Shown: positions 1 to 9,385 of the stretch, in pieces
Layout: each line of letters starts with the position of its first letter
Numbering within the stretch: position 1 is the first letter of the stretch
Sequence record: PX915678.1
Strand: one strand, 5' to 3'
From: a phage
DNA length: 64,000 bases
Made by a program: the position numbers and the translations under genes
Notes under the pieces: model-generated
What the model was told of the DNA's origin: nothing
The model's input: the letters and a program-made list of their open reading frames with translations, nothing else
Databases searched by the model: none

Positions 1-2055
1 TCCTTGAACGAACTTGTAAGGCATGTTTGTAATATCTATGCAAGACGCAATAATTCCAAGAGATGATTCTACTTTTTGTTTAACATTTGATGAAACAAAT
101 GATGCAAAGTCAACTCTGTCTTCTATTTCAATATCACCTGTCATTGCAACTACTTCACCAGTTTCCATTAGACGATCACCGTCATAAATTACTGATTCGG
201 TGAGTTCTTCCGTAGTCATAACTTCAGCTTGAATAAGCTTGTTGTTAGTTTTAGCTGTTCCATCATTGTAAGATGCATCGGTTATTTTATTAACTTTGAC
301 CATTAATCCACGTGGTAAAATGACTTCCATTTCATTTGAAGGCGCTAAACTTCCACCTGGTAAAACAACGTTGACTTTATCAGCCCCAGTAATAACCCAT
401 CCAATTCCAACTAAATTATCGCTAGAATTAACAAGTCCTTCATCGTTTTTATCGATAGAAATGTTTAGACGCTTTTCGTCTGGTAAAACACCCACAGCTG
501 AATCAGTCATCCAAGTACCAAAAATGTTTGGATATAATGATGTTGATACAAAATTTCTAAAATAAAAAACTCGATTTTTTACCAATGCTTCATATATTGA
601 AGGTAACATTCGCTGTGAACGATATAAAGTAATACCTTTTGGCAGTCGATCACCATTTTTAAAGGCTGAATCTAAATTATCGATGGCTTGTTCTATTTCT
701 GGTGCTGTTAAAATACTTGTACGTTCATCTGGATTATATAATCCCAAAAGAGCATTATTCATGTCTACATATCCTGAACCTACGTATTCACGAATTCCAC
801 GTTTTTGTGCCGGTGTGTATTTAGACGGATCTTTATTTTCGACTATAGAATGCAATGACCATCCAACGGTAAGAGCATATCCACGTAATTCTCTTCGAAT
901 AATCTTTGTTTTTATTGCATTCCAAGAATTTTGTACTAACTCATTCGCAGCATCTTGATTTAAATGCGAATGCTTGTTAATATTTCTTTCTAACCAAGCA
1001 CCTTTATATTTTTCTAAAGTATCATCGACTATAGAAGCAATAGTTTCTAAAGTTTTTATTGAAGTAATAGATTCTTTTCGTAATCTTTCTAAAGCTTTAT
1101 TTTTTATTTCTGCATTAACATCAGATTCTTTATCTTCAGGAATTATAGAAGCTTCTCTGAATGCCATTCCAGCTGTAACACTATTAAGAGCATTCTCTAA
1201 TGCAAATCCTGAAGTAGAAATAACAGTTAATTCATTAGCATCAGAAATTAAAGGCGCGTCAGCGGGTTTATTTAATTCTGCTGCTGAAGCCTCAAATTTT
1301 TGAAACATTGGTGTTTCAAATCTGGAAGATTCTAACGATTGACTTTGTGCAATTGCTCTACGGGAAATTTTAACTTTAACGATTACAGCTTGGTCAGAAC
1401 GTTTATCGTTTTCTTGTGCAATAGATGCTGCAATTGCCTCATTTTTAGTTACTTGAGCTCCGGTATCTTTATTGATATAAACATCACCGACTTTCGATTC
1501 AACTTTAGTAAAGAGCTCGGTACTAATTTCCGGAACTCCTGGAATGTCTTCTAGTGATACATTTTTGCGATGTATAAGAATATATGCATACTTTTTATCG
1601 TAATCCCAGAGTTCCTTAAGAAGGACGTATCTGCCACCTGAACGACTACGGATAAGTCTATCAGCAATAAGTTGAATTTGACGAGCTTGACCAGCAGTTT
1701 TAGACTTAAGAATACGGAGCATGCAGGCATCAATTTTATACTGACGCATCGTCTGCATCGCAACAGTAAAAACTGAATTGATGTAATTAATTGGGCTTGG
1801 ACCGAGACCTTTTAATTTAGCAATTGAACCTTTGGCAGTTAATGTAAAAGGAACAATATGCATCATTTTATCGCCCATCTTTAAATCGCGATTAGTATCA
1901 CCTCCAGATGTATAGGTACATAAACGAAAGCCTGGCTGTTCAATTGCGTCATCAACATGAACTGAAAAAATTTGTGGTATTTTCTTCTTTGGATTTAAGT
2001 TTGTAATCGGAAGAGTAGTATCTTCGTCAAATAATTCTGTAATGAGTTCCATCAT
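1..2055 (-). CDS. alt: ADP-ribosyltransferase Alt, partial (C-terminal end lies beyond left edge)
   Basis: Minus-strand frame open from window edge to ATG ATG at 2055/2052; N-terminus MMELITELFDED...; >=685 codons; late promoter just upstream. Confidence 0.8.
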   Translation of the reverse strand, partial: MMELITELFDEDTTLPITNLNPKKKIPQIFSVHVDDAIEQPGFRLCTYTSGGDTNRDLKMGDKMMHIVPFTLTAKGSIAKLKGLGPSPINYINSVFTVAMQTMRQYKIDACMLRILKSKTAGQARQIQLIADRLIRSRSGGRYVLLKELWDYDKKYAYILIHRKNVSLEDIPGVPEISTELFTKVESKVGDVYINKDTGAQVTKNEAIAASIAQENDKRSDQAVIVKVKISRRAIAQSQSLESSRFETPMFQKFEASAAELNKPADAPLISDANELTVISTSGFALENALNSVTAGMAFREASIIPEDKESDVNAEIKNKALERLRKESITSIKTLETIASIVDDTLEKYKGAWLERNINKHSHLNQDAANELVQNSWNAIKTKIIRRELRGYALTVGWSLHSIVENKDPSKYTPAQKRGIREYVGSGYVDMNNALLGLYNPDERTSILTAPEIEQAIDNLDSAFKNGDRLPKGITLYRSQRMLPSIYEALVKNRVFYFRNFVSTSLYPNIFGTWMTDSAVGVLPDEKRLNISIDKNDEGLVNSSDNLVGIGWVITGADKVNVVLPGGSLAPSNEMEVILPRGLMVKVNKITDASYNDGTAKTNNKLIQAEVMTTEELTESVIYDGDRLMETGEVVAMTGDIEIEDRVDFASFVSSNVKQKVESSLGIIASCIDITNMPYKFVQG

Positions 2056-2075
2056 ATCCTCTCTAGTGTTTATTC

Positions 2076-2083
2076 TATTTATA
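2076..2083 (-). promoter_or_regulatory. T4-type late promoter (TATAAATA) for alt
   Basis: TATAAATA on minus strand ~20 nt upstream of alt ATG; Alt is a late, virion-packaged protein in T4. Confidence 0.6.
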
Positions 2084-2086
2084 AAA

Positions 2087-2108
2087 TTAAAGGCCCGAAG
2101 GCCTTTAA
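2087..2108 (-). terminator. C(UUCG)G stem-loop with U-run, intrinsic terminator
   Basis: ttaaaggcc-cgaa-ggcctttaa palindrome; transcript reads GGCC-UUCG-GGCC followed by U-rich tract. Confidence 0.55.
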
Positions 2109-2293
2109 TAATCTATTGGTAAGAGAGTACGATATATTTCAAACTTTGGACCTTTTTCATAGGTATCAAATGTTTCTGTGAATTTATTATAAGCATATGC
2201 ATCTATAAATTCAATCATAATTTGTGATACAGAAGTAGAAACATCTCCGCCTTCTTTTTGAGCAACGACAATTGTTTCTAAGTAAGCTTTCAT
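2105..2293 (-). CDS. hypothetical protein (62 aa) between gene 30 and alt
   Basis: ORF start overlaps gene 30 stop by 4 nt; no recognisable motif. Confidence 0.45.
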   Translation of the reverse strand: MKAYLETIVVAQKEGGDVSTSVSQIMIEFIDAYAYNKFTETFDTYEKGPKFEIYRTLLPIDY

Positions 2294-3750
2294 AGACCAG
2301 TTACCTCATGAAAATCACCAAATACATCCTCGAATGTATTAGCTTTAGTTTTATCTTCACGTAAACGAATCGCAATCGGAAGAAATAATTTAACGTAATC
2401 AGTGCGGCCGTCAGATTTTAACCAACCATTGCATTCACATTCTAGAATTTTTCCAATATAATAATTTTGGTTTTCCATAATGCGAGTACGGTCAAGTTCA
2501 TGCGATTTTACACCGGCTTTATCTTTTAAGCCTGAACCAGCATTTACTTTAATTTTTCCACACTCTGATTCAAGAATAAATCCACCCGCTTTAGTTGGGT
2601 CTTTACGGTGAGGATAAATTCCTACAATTTTTAAATCAACATCAATTACTTCTTTAAATTTATAGAGATTTTTTGAACGAGAATTTTCCCATAATCCATC
2701 AATATTTTTGAGAATAATACCTTCAAGACCTTGGTCAATATACTTTTTATAAATTACCTTAGCTTCATCTAGGTTATTTACTACCTGGTTTTCAATTAAA
2801 ATTACTTTATCATATCCTGATGTCATTTGTTCTAGTTTAGAAAAACGTACATCATATTTTAAACGAAACGCCGGAAGACCGTATATTTCTACCAATGGGA
2901 CATAATCCCAGACCTGAAACTTCATGCATTTGGCTTCTTTTTCTGAAATAGTTCCCTTTAAAGATTTATTGGCGATTCCATTAGAAGCAGTACGTGATTC
3001 AGCTACTTCGGCAAACTCTTTGACTTTACTATTTTCAGGAGTATCAAAAAGAAAATCTAGGCCTTCTGGCTCCTTTTCAACTTGCTCATGGTATACCAAT
3101 TCGCCATCGATTAAAACACCTTCTGGATGAATCTGGCGGGCTTCAGCGGTCATTTTGATTAACTCTTCCTTAAGAAGATCTAATCCTAGATATTCATTAC
3201 CAGCTCGTGATAAAAGACGAACATCATCTAATTCATCGCCTCGGACTTCAGCAAAACACCGAGCTCCATCTGCTTTTAACTGTGCAAAGGCTGGAAATTT
3301 GATATTCTTACTAATGCCTTTTTCATCATAAGAACTTGCCAGCATTTGAGGTTGTTCAGGAATTAAACCTGGCCAAACTTTATTTGCAATAGATACTGAA
3401 GCACCGCATTCAAGATCTCGCATCATCACTCGACGCAAAACTTCAACATCATCCTTTTTACCGTCGGTGATATATCCAGTTAATTCCTCAATTGCCGCAT
3501 TTCCAGTCAATTTCCGAGTAGCTAACGTGAATTCAATGAAGTCAAGCATATCGGTAATAGTCAGCATTCCAAAACTCTGGGTAGCAATACCAGGTTTAGG
3601 CCATTTCTTGATATAATACTGTAACCCACGAGAATAAGTCAGACGATATACTCGTTTAAGCAATTCATTATCTTTATTCTTTTCAAGAATTGCTTGCTTC
3701 TGCTTAGTTGATCCAATAGATGCTATTTCATTCAGAATTTTAAGAATCAT
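2290..3750 (-). CDS. 30: ATP-dependent DNA ligase
   Basis: 486 aa; KxDG adenylation motif (LKADGARCFAEV); N-terminus MILKILNEIASIGSTKQKQAILEKNKDNELLKRVYRLTYSRGL as recalled for T4 ligase. Confidence 0.95.
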   Translation of the reverse strand: MILKILNEIASIGSTKQKQAILEKNKDNELLKRVYRLTYSRGLQYYIKKWPKPGIATQSFGMLTITDMLDFIEFTLATRKLTGNAAIEELTGYITDGKKDDVEVLRRVMMRDLECGASVSIANKVWPGLIPEQPQMLASSYDEKGISKNIKFPAFAQLKADGARCFAEVRGDELDDVRLLSRAGNEYLGLDLLKEELIKMTAEARQIHPEGVLIDGELVYHEQVEKEPEGLDFLFDTPENSKVKEFAEVAESRTASNGIANKSLKGTISEKEAKCMKFQVWDYVPLVEIYGLPAFRLKYDVRFSKLEQMTSGYDKVILIENQVVNNLDEAKVIYKKYIDQGLEGIILKNIDGLWENSRSKNLYKFKEVIDVDLKIVGIYPHRKDPTKAGGFILESECGKIKVNAGSGLKDKAGVKSHELDRTRIMENQNYYIGKILECECNGWLKSDGRTDYVKLFLPIAIRLREDKTKANTFEDVFGDFHEVTGL

Positions 3751-4016
3751 TGCTCATCCTTCAAGGTTTGGTTTACAGCTCTATTATAAATCAATTCATC
3801 ATTAAGCTCAGGCAAAGACTTATGATATGTAGTTCTAACTTTATTTCCTTGCATCCAATGCTTGACGTAAATGAAACCTTGCTCTACGCATTTTTTAAAA
3901 ATTCGTTCGTCTTTTTGAGCTCGGAATTCTGGATTGCATCTAAAGAATTGATTTACGTGACCGTAATCACGTGTAGTATTACCTTCATTTTCATAAATAG
4001 TGTGAACGACAAACAT
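3747..4016 (-). CDS. hypothetical protein (89 aa; 30.1 position)
   Basis: ORF in overlapping minus-strand array downstream of gene 30. Confidence 0.55.
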   Translation of the reverse strand: MFVVHTIYENEGNTTRDYGHVNQFFRCNPEFRAQKDERIFKKCVEQGFIYVKHWMQGNKVRTTYHKSLPELNDELIYNRAVNQTLKDEQ

Positions 4017-4846
4017 TAGAATGCTCCTTGAAAAATATTATCACCACTAGTAGGTCTATTATACAAATACTCTATGCCACCAGGTTTAATATAGTTCCAT
4101 GTCTGAAATGGATGTGTCTGATATGGATGATTATAAGGATTAAATCCAGGCGTTCTCCAGGTAGTGTTCCAAGGAAAAGAATCGTTTTTAACCATCTTCT
4201 CAATTAAATCTTTTATAGCTTTTTCACTATCAAAACTTTCTTTATTTTCCTTCGGTGAAAAAAGCTTATTTTCTACATCATTCCATGTATAAACTCGCTG
4301 AGCAGTTTTTGGAATATTGTCACGCTCTCCTCGAGCCATCCAATAAACAGGAACATTTAATATTTCACTCGCGTGGTCGCAGTGGTGAGCGAGATCGTCA
4401 ATATAACAAATTACGTTATATTTCTCTTTTGCCTTTTTAAACAACTCTTCTTTTGAAGAATCATGACCACACATCATTACTTCTGAGAATGCACCAGGAA
4501 AAAGAGCATTCAAATTAAATTGACGATTCAGCAGAGCGTCAATAGAATCACCCAATGCTGTAACAGCTACAAAATTATAATCTTCTTTTAGTTTGTTAAT
4601 TACACATAGAGCATCTTTATATGGGGATAAGTAACGAATAAAATCTGATCGATTATATTTTTCAATTAACTTGACACCGAGTTCTTCATCACAATTAAAG
4701 AGTTTACCTGGAGAAATAAATTTCTCATCTTGGATCATTTTTAAAATATGTTCTAACGGAAGATTATATTTCTGAGCAAAATAAGGAAGACCTGATTGCC
4801 AGCTTAAACATACTCCATCAATATCAGTTAAAATAGTAGGCTTCAT
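4016..4846 (-). CDS. HAD-superfamily hydrolase-like protein (276 aa; 30.2 position)
   Basis: N-terminal LTDIDGV (DxDG motif I of HAD phosphatases); later YIDD motif. Confidence 0.6.
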   Translation of the reverse strand: MKPTILTDIDGVCLSWQSGLPYFAQKYNLPLEHILKMIQDEKFISPGKLFNCDEELGVKLIEKYNRSDFIRYLSPYKDALCVINKLKEDYNFVAVTALGDSIDALLNRQFNLNALFPGAFSEVMMCGHDSSKEELFKKAKEKYNVICYIDDLAHHCDHASEILNVPVYWMARGERDNIPKTAQRVYTWNDVENKLFSPKENKESFDSEKAIKDLIEKMVKNDSFPWNTTWRTPGFNPYNHPYQTHPFQTWNYIKPGGIEYLYNRPTSGDNIFQGAF

Positions 4847-5307
4847 AGAGAGTCTCTTAATAGGTTTAACACATCAATAAATTCAGCTTCGGTTAGTATT
4901 GTATCATCTTTTGTTAGACCACTAGCCATGCTGTGCTTCAAAACTTTTCCTTTCGAGGCTTGTAATGCATCGCGAAAGCCCTTGTTTTGGAACGCTGCTT
5001 CAAAATATGCATTTGTGTATAATTCTTTCCACGCCGGGGAATATCTTGAAAACGGAGTTCCAAGCCAGAAGAGGGTCCCACGGTCCTGAGCTCTAGCATA
5101 AGACCTTCCAGCTTGTTGGGCGGCAAGCCCGGATAACCCAAATATACGACGTTGTTGTTCAACATTTTTCACCTTACACCCTTGGAGGAATCCTTCTAGA
5201 CCTCCAAATTGAATACCATCCATAACGAAAGGCCATTGGGCAAAATTACTTAATGCGCATGATGGCCATTTAAAATTGCTTCTTATCTCTAGCTCAGACA
5301 TTTTCAA
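4843..5307 (-). CDS. NADAR/YbiA-like (DUF1768) protein, putative ADP-ribose-processing hydrolase (154 aa; 30.3 position)
   Basis: Motif ALSNFAQWPFVMDGIQFGGLEGFLQGCK resembles the YbiA/NADAR core FSNFAAWP...DG...E.YFQAQK (from memory). Confidence 0.55.
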   Translation of the reverse strand: MKMSELEIRSNFKWPSCALSNFAQWPFVMDGIQFGGLEGFLQGCKVKNVEQQRRIFGLSGLAAQQAGRSYARAQDRGTLFWLGTPFSRYSPAWKELYTNAYFEAAFQNKGFRDALQASKGKVLKHSMASGLTKDDTILTEAEFIDVLNLLRDSL

Positions 5308-5500
5308 TACTTATAATTTCAACATCAGCCCAATGACCATAGCAAGGAAGACGAAATTCAACTGGCCAGTTAGGGTCCTTTTCTAATATAATAGACTGAA
5401 CTTGTGGCTCTTCATATTCATCGGTATACGGACCTTTATACGTTACTTTATATGTGACTTTAATGTATTGAATTCCAAAAATCTTATTAATTATATTCAT
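5294..5500 (-). CDS. hypothetical protein (68 aa)
   Basis: ORF in overlapping array. Confidence 0.5.
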   Translation of the reverse strand: MNIINKIFGIQYIKVTYKVTYKGPYTDEYEEPQVQSIILEKDPNWPVEFRLPCYGHWADVEIISIENV

Positions 5501-5694
5501 ACTAATTCCTTTAATCCGTAAATAGGAGATAATTCATCACCCATACGAAGGTCTTCATTTCCATCTACCCAGGAAACAATATAAGCTTCTTTTATTTGAA
5601 TACCACTCCATTTAAATGGAGGTAGAACCTTAGAAATTAATCCAGGTATACCAACTCCCTTTAATTCAACAGTTTGACCTAAAAAGAATTTCAT
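5497..5694 (-). CDS. hypothetical protein (65 aa)
   Basis: ORF in overlapping array. Confidence 0.5.
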   Translation of the reverse strand: MKFFLGQTVELKGVGIPGLISKVLPPFKWSGIQIKEAYIVSWVDGNEDLRMGDELSPIYGLKELV

Positions 5695-5981
5695 TAGAAC
5701 CTCATCTGAAAACCGTGCGATTTAACATTACCGCCGCCAATATCAGAAATATTAATTTCACGCGCAATTGAAGGGTCAATGTCAATTTCACGATTGAGTT
5801 TAGTGATAGCTAAAGTATCGCGGCCATTTACAGTACGGAACTCTAAAGGACATACTACATTAACATAGTTTTTAATCGATTCACTGGTAGGTTGCAAATG
5901 AGCAGGAAGGTCTTTAGGCGCCTTTGAGAAAACTACTTCACAGAAATTTTTGCGGGTGTCAAAATAAGTAGTCATAAACAT
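5694..5981 (-). CDS. hypothetical protein (95 aa)
   Basis: ATG with SD (GAGGAAAA); adjacent upstream UUCG hairpin. Confidence 0.5.
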   Translation of the reverse strand: MFMTTYFDTRKNFCEVVFSKAPKDLPAHLQPTSESIKNYVNVVCPLEFRTVNGRDTLAITKLNREIDIDPSIAREINISDIGGGNVKSHGFQMRF

Positions 5982-5993
5982 AGTATTTTCCTC

Positions 5994-6017
5994 AATGAGG
6001 GGCCGAAGCCCCTCATT
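5994..6017 (-). other. GC-rich stem-loop with UUCG tetraloop in intercistronic leader (no U-run)
   Basis: aatgaggggc-cgaa-gcccctcatt; lies between stop of ORF 6023..6400 and the SD of ORF 5694..5981. Confidence 0.45.
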
Positions 6018-6022
6018 TTATT

Positions 6023-6400
6023 TTAAATATCAAATTCGTTAAGAACTACATCAAAGATTGCTTCAAGATGCTCAGGTTTAGCTCTGTTACTCAAAATATG
6101 ACGAATCCAAGTTTTAACCAGAAGCTTACGATTAACGCCATTCCAGCAAGGATGAGTCCCTAAATCGCGTTGACGAAAATCATCATCCAAAGCGATTTTG
6201 AAGTTGGAACCTTCCATTGTGATTGAAACTGTGATGCCATTTTCAAATCGCATATAAACGTAGTTAGGAGTCATATACTGTTCAATTTCGCATACTGATC
6301 CATTTTGATGTTTCCAAAGGCAAATAGTATCAATAGAACCTGCAATACCATTAGAAACATATTTACGTTCAAAGTTGATGTAGTTCATTTTATTCTCCAA
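6023..6400 (-). CDS. hypothetical protein (125 aa)
   Basis: ORF in array. Confidence 0.5.
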   Translation of the reverse strand: MENKMNYINFERKYVSNGIAGSIDTICLWKHQNGSVCEIEQYMTPNYVYMRFENGITVSITMEGSNFKIALDDDFRQRDLGTHPCWNGVNRKLLVKTWIRHILSNRAKPEHLEAIFDVVLNEFDI

Positions 6401-6424
6401 GATGTTTAATTGCGGTACAGGTAT

Positions 6425-6453
6425 ATAATATCATATCCTGTACCAAAGTAAAC
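6425..6453 (-). promoter_or_regulatory. T4-type early promoter (GTTTAC -35 / TATTAT -10)
   Basis: Minus strand reads GTTTAC-17 nt-TATTAT upstream of ORF 6023..6400. Confidence 0.5.
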
Positions 6454-6455
6454 AA

Positions 6456-6788
6456 TTATTTTACTACTTTCCAGTGCTGCATGTCAAGTTTACCAACTTT
6501 TTTCATCTTCTCAATTAAGCGTTCAGCACGTTGGCGAGCTGTAACATAATACCATTCACCCAATTCATTTTGTTCAATTTTTCCAACGATTACTGTATTC
6601 AATTCATAAATCCAACCAGTAAAGAAATTATGAACTTGAATTGTAAAGGTGAAATCTGTTCCCATACCTTCTGTTGTTTCTACTTCAATAATATCACCTT
6701 CAACTGCCATTAAGAACCACATAGTTTCATCATATTTACCATTGAAGCATTTAGTTTTAACTGTAGCGTTCAGATTAATCGTTTTCAT
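6456..6788 (-). CDS. hypothetical protein (110 aa)
   Basis: ORF in array. Confidence 0.5.
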   Translation of the reverse strand: MKTINLNATVKTKCFNGKYDETMWFLMAVEGDIIEVETTEGMGTDFTFTIQVHNFFTGWIYELNTVIVGKIEQNELGEWYYVTARQRAERLIEKMKKVGKLDMQHWKVVK

Positions 6789-6815
6789 TTTATTCTCCTT
6801 TGTTTGTGTAAGATA

Positions 6816-6845
6816 ATACTATCACAAAGGAACCATACTGTAAAC
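6816..6845 (-). promoter_or_regulatory. T4-type early promoter
   Basis: Minus strand GTTTAC...TAGTAT upstream of ORF 6456..6788. Confidence 0.45.
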
Positions 6846-6874
6846 AACTTTGTGCAATCTTTGGAAAATAAAAA

Positions 6875-6894
6875 AGGACTCCCGAAGGAGTCCT
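6875..6894 (-). terminator. C(UUCG)G stem-loop plus U-run, intrinsic terminator
   Basis: aggactcc-cgaa-ggagtcct preceded on plus strand by aaaataaaaa; same hairpin sequence recurs at 60167..60188. Confidence 0.55.
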
Positions 6895-6898
6895 CAAC

Positions 6899-7075
6899 TT
6901 ATGCTTTCTGCTTACCAAAACGAGAAGCATCATCTCGAAGAACCGCACGTGCTCGGCGCATGATCTTCTCAACAGTTTGATTGATACGAGAGTTCGACCC
7001 ACGCTTGTAACCAGCGCGTTTAGAATCACCAACTTTCTTTTCAACTGCTTTCTTTGCTTTAGCTTGTTTTGCCAT
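6899..7075 (-). CDS. small basic protein (58 aa; 30.9 position)
   Basis: MAKQAKAKKAVEKK...; start taken at ATG 7075; track start at 7117 also in frame. Confidence 0.45.
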   Translation of the reverse strand: MAKQAKAKKAVEKKVGDSKRAGYKRGSNSRINQTVEKIMRRARAVLRDDASRFGKQKA

Positions 7076-7117
7076 TATAAATTCTCTTTTAAATGAAAAT
7101 GCAGGACTTATTGGCAT

Positions 7118-7470
7118 TGCCTGCGCAAGCCCTCAAGGGGAACATAGGTTTTGTATATTTACCGACAGGATAACCATAAACCCGTCATCATACTTATAAC
7201 TCTTATCTGTTGCACACCGTTAGCTTAAAGGTTCCGGGTTCGATTTCTCGAGGATAAGATATATACTGATGGATATATAGGCCTTGAGGCGTACTCCCGA
7301 TTAGCCATCACCTCGGGGTAGCATGCACTTGCCGCTATAAGAATAACATTCAAGAGGTACACCGTAAAACTGCCGGGGTCTTAAAACTATAATGATTCGC
7401 AAATCATTAATCAGACAGTTCGACGGCTCCTCGATTTTAGCTCACACTAAGGCAGTGAATCTCCAATAAA
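7118..7470. other. ~350 bp ORF-free region with several inverted repeats
   Basis: No ORF above ~27 codons on either strand; hairpins e.g. aatgatt-cgcaa-aatcatt (7391..7409), gccttgaggc; unusual gap for this genome. Confidence 0.4.
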
Positions 7471-7719
7471 TTACTTCAGTGTTACCACAAAGTGACGAAC
7501 TGCTTTTCGTGCAGCAGAAGCCAAAGGCTTAGCATATTTAAGTTCATCTTTTTCCTGAAGCTCAGCAGCTAATGCAGTTTGAGCAGGATTCAGATGTTTG
7601 AAATAACGCAGGATTTCAAGAGCTTCGGCTTCAACATCAATAGATGCGCCATAGTTTTCGTGACCATTATTCCATGCGTTTCGTTGCAGTTCAAGAGCGT
7701 GTTGTAATTGTTTAATCAT
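7471..7719 (-). CDS. rIII: lysis-inhibition accessory protein rIII
   Basis: 82 aa, position between the 30.x array and gene 31 as in T4. Confidence 0.8.
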   Translation of the reverse strand: MIKQLQHALELQRNAWNNGHENYGASIDVEAEALEILRYFKHLNPAQTALAAELQEKDELKYAKPLASAARKAVRHFVVTLK

Positions 7720-7866
7720 TTAAAAATTCTCGTTAGAGATTAAAACTCGGTAGTCACGTTCTTCTGAATTTCATCTTCTTTCGACAGATCTCTCAGTTGT
7801 AGACTACCACATAGAATTGTTCGGTTAACTTATTATTCCGACACCCAATTCATATTATTATTTATA

Positions 7867-8202
7867 TCACTTATAAAGACACGGAATAGCTTTATAGTGA
7901 CAGGTAACGAATTTTTGTTTAATTTCTTTTGGCTGCTTAAGACCCAGAGCTACAAAAGGATGTGGAACGTTTCGAATTTGACCAACTGGAAGAGAAGTCA
8001 AATCACCAACTTCACAGAAACCTTCAGGAACATCAGGACCAACAGAGTGAACTACACACAGTTCAGGAACTTCACCTTGAACACGTTTACCGATAATAAG
8101 TCCTGATTCTGTAACTTCTTCATCACCGGCTTGTGCAGGTTCAGAAACTAAAATAACATATTCACCGACAGCACGAATTGGTAGCTGTTGTACTTCAGAC
8201 AT
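7867..8202 (-). CDS. 31: co-chaperonin gp31 (GroES analogue)
   Basis: [40 protein letters not shown]...; 111 aa from second ATG. Confidence 0.9.
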
Positions 8203-8258
8203 CATTTTTCCTTTTTGTTAACAGATGAATTAATAATAACAAATAATTCTTAAAGCAT

Positions 8259-8567
8259 TTATTTACCAATAAATTGAAGCAAATGCTCAACTTTCATACC
8301 ATTAACGGAAATCAATTTGTTAATAGAAAAACCTCGCCACTCGCCAAGCTCAACATCAAATACTGGAATCATATCAGTAGATTCTTTCCGGGCAGATTCA
8401 GTCAATTTACCAGTTTGCATGGTTGGCATAAAATCGGCATCACGAGTACCTTTCATAGTACGAATAGTACCATCAGACTTTTCAAAAACTACGTTTGAAA
8501 TACCCATAGACAATTTAGTTTTCAAAATTTCACGAATTGCTACTTTTTGTTCAGTCGTCAGTTTCAT
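8259..8567 (-). CDS. hypothetical protein (102 aa; 31.1 position)
   Basis: ORF abutting next ORF. Confidence 0.5.
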   Translation of the reverse strand: MKLTTEQKVAIREILKTKLSMGISNVVFEKSDGTIRTMKGTRDADFMPTMQTGKLTESARKESTDMIPVFDVELGEWRGFSINKLISVNGMKVEHLLQFIGK

Positions 8568-8804
8568 TTATTTACCTATTACAGTTTTAATATGGGTTGT
8601 TCCACGTTCTTTAAGAGTGGAAAGCAATTTTTGGCATTTTTCTAAATCAGATTTCCAACTATACGGCCTATCAATACTAGTCCAATCAGTTTTATAATAC
8701 TGTTTCCATTTAGAGAAAAAATATTTCTTATACTCTACAGCAAATGAAATGTTCTCGTTAGAATAAGAACTAATTGCTGTGAGCTGTACCAAACGAAATT
8801 TCAT
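8568..8804 (-). CDS. hypothetical protein (78 aa; 31.2 position)
   Basis: ORF; start overlaps cd stop by 1 nt. Confidence 0.5.
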   Translation of the reverse strand: MKFRLVQLTAISSYSNENISFAVEYKKYFFSKWKQYYKTDWTSIDRPYSWKSDLEKCQKLLSTLKERGTTHIKTVIGK

Positions 8805-9385
8805 TATTCACCACAGAATTCGTTGATATTTTCCCAGTTTAACTTATTCAAGTTTTTCTTAGGAACATTAAACACTTCAATACCCGCATTTCGCAGAATA
8901 TCATCCCAGCCAGGTTTATTTTTATCGTATGTTTCACAATAAACCAGCTTTTTAATTCCAGATTGAGCTATGGCTTTTGCACAATCCGGACAAGGAGAAA
9001 GCGTTACATACATAGTAGCACCTTCAATTGAAGAACCGTTTCGTGCAGCAAACAAAATTGCATTTAGTTCAGCATGAATTTCATTTTTAGATGACCATTC
9101 AGAGTGAGCGCTACGGTGTTCTTTCGCCAAGACAAAACGATCAGTTGAACCAAATGATACACATTCAGACTTATGACCTTGAATGATAGTGTGTTTAGGC
9201 TTATTCAACAACCAGCCTTGTTCAGCAGCATAATCGCAGCAGTTCACACCACCTGCAGGTGAACCATTATATCCGGTAGAAATAATACGTCCATTCTTTT
9301 CAATTACTGCTCCTACCTTCCAGGAGCAACATTTTGATTCTTGTGATACTAAATATGCAATTTGAAGTACTGTACTCGCTTTCAT
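8804..9385 (-). CDS. cd: dCMP deaminase
   Basis: 193 aa; zinc-binding deaminase motifs HAELNAI and PCPDC. Confidence 0.9.
   Translation of the reverse strand: MKASTVLQIAYLVSQESKCCSWKVGAVIEKNGRIISTGYNGSPAGGVNCCDYAAEQGWLLNKPKHTIIQGHKSECVSFGSTDRFVLAKEHRSAHSEWSSKNEIHAELNAILFAARNGSSIEGATMYVTLSPCPDCAKAIAQSGIKKLVYCETYDKNKPGWDDILRNAGIEVFNVPKKNLNKLNWENINEFCGE

Noticed and set aside
296-1554. Four plus-strand ORFs (71-109 aa) from the ORF track
   Set aside because: They lie antisense within the long open minus-strand alt frame, have no SD signals and have low-complexity composition; treated as shadow ORFs.
7201-7259. tRNA-like element (GGTTCGATT T-loop-like box with flanking tcttatc/gataaga acceptor-like pairing)
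   Set aside because: Only ~59 nt, T-stem does not pair, and no D-arm or anticodon arm can be drawn; more likely a chance motif or simple hairpin.
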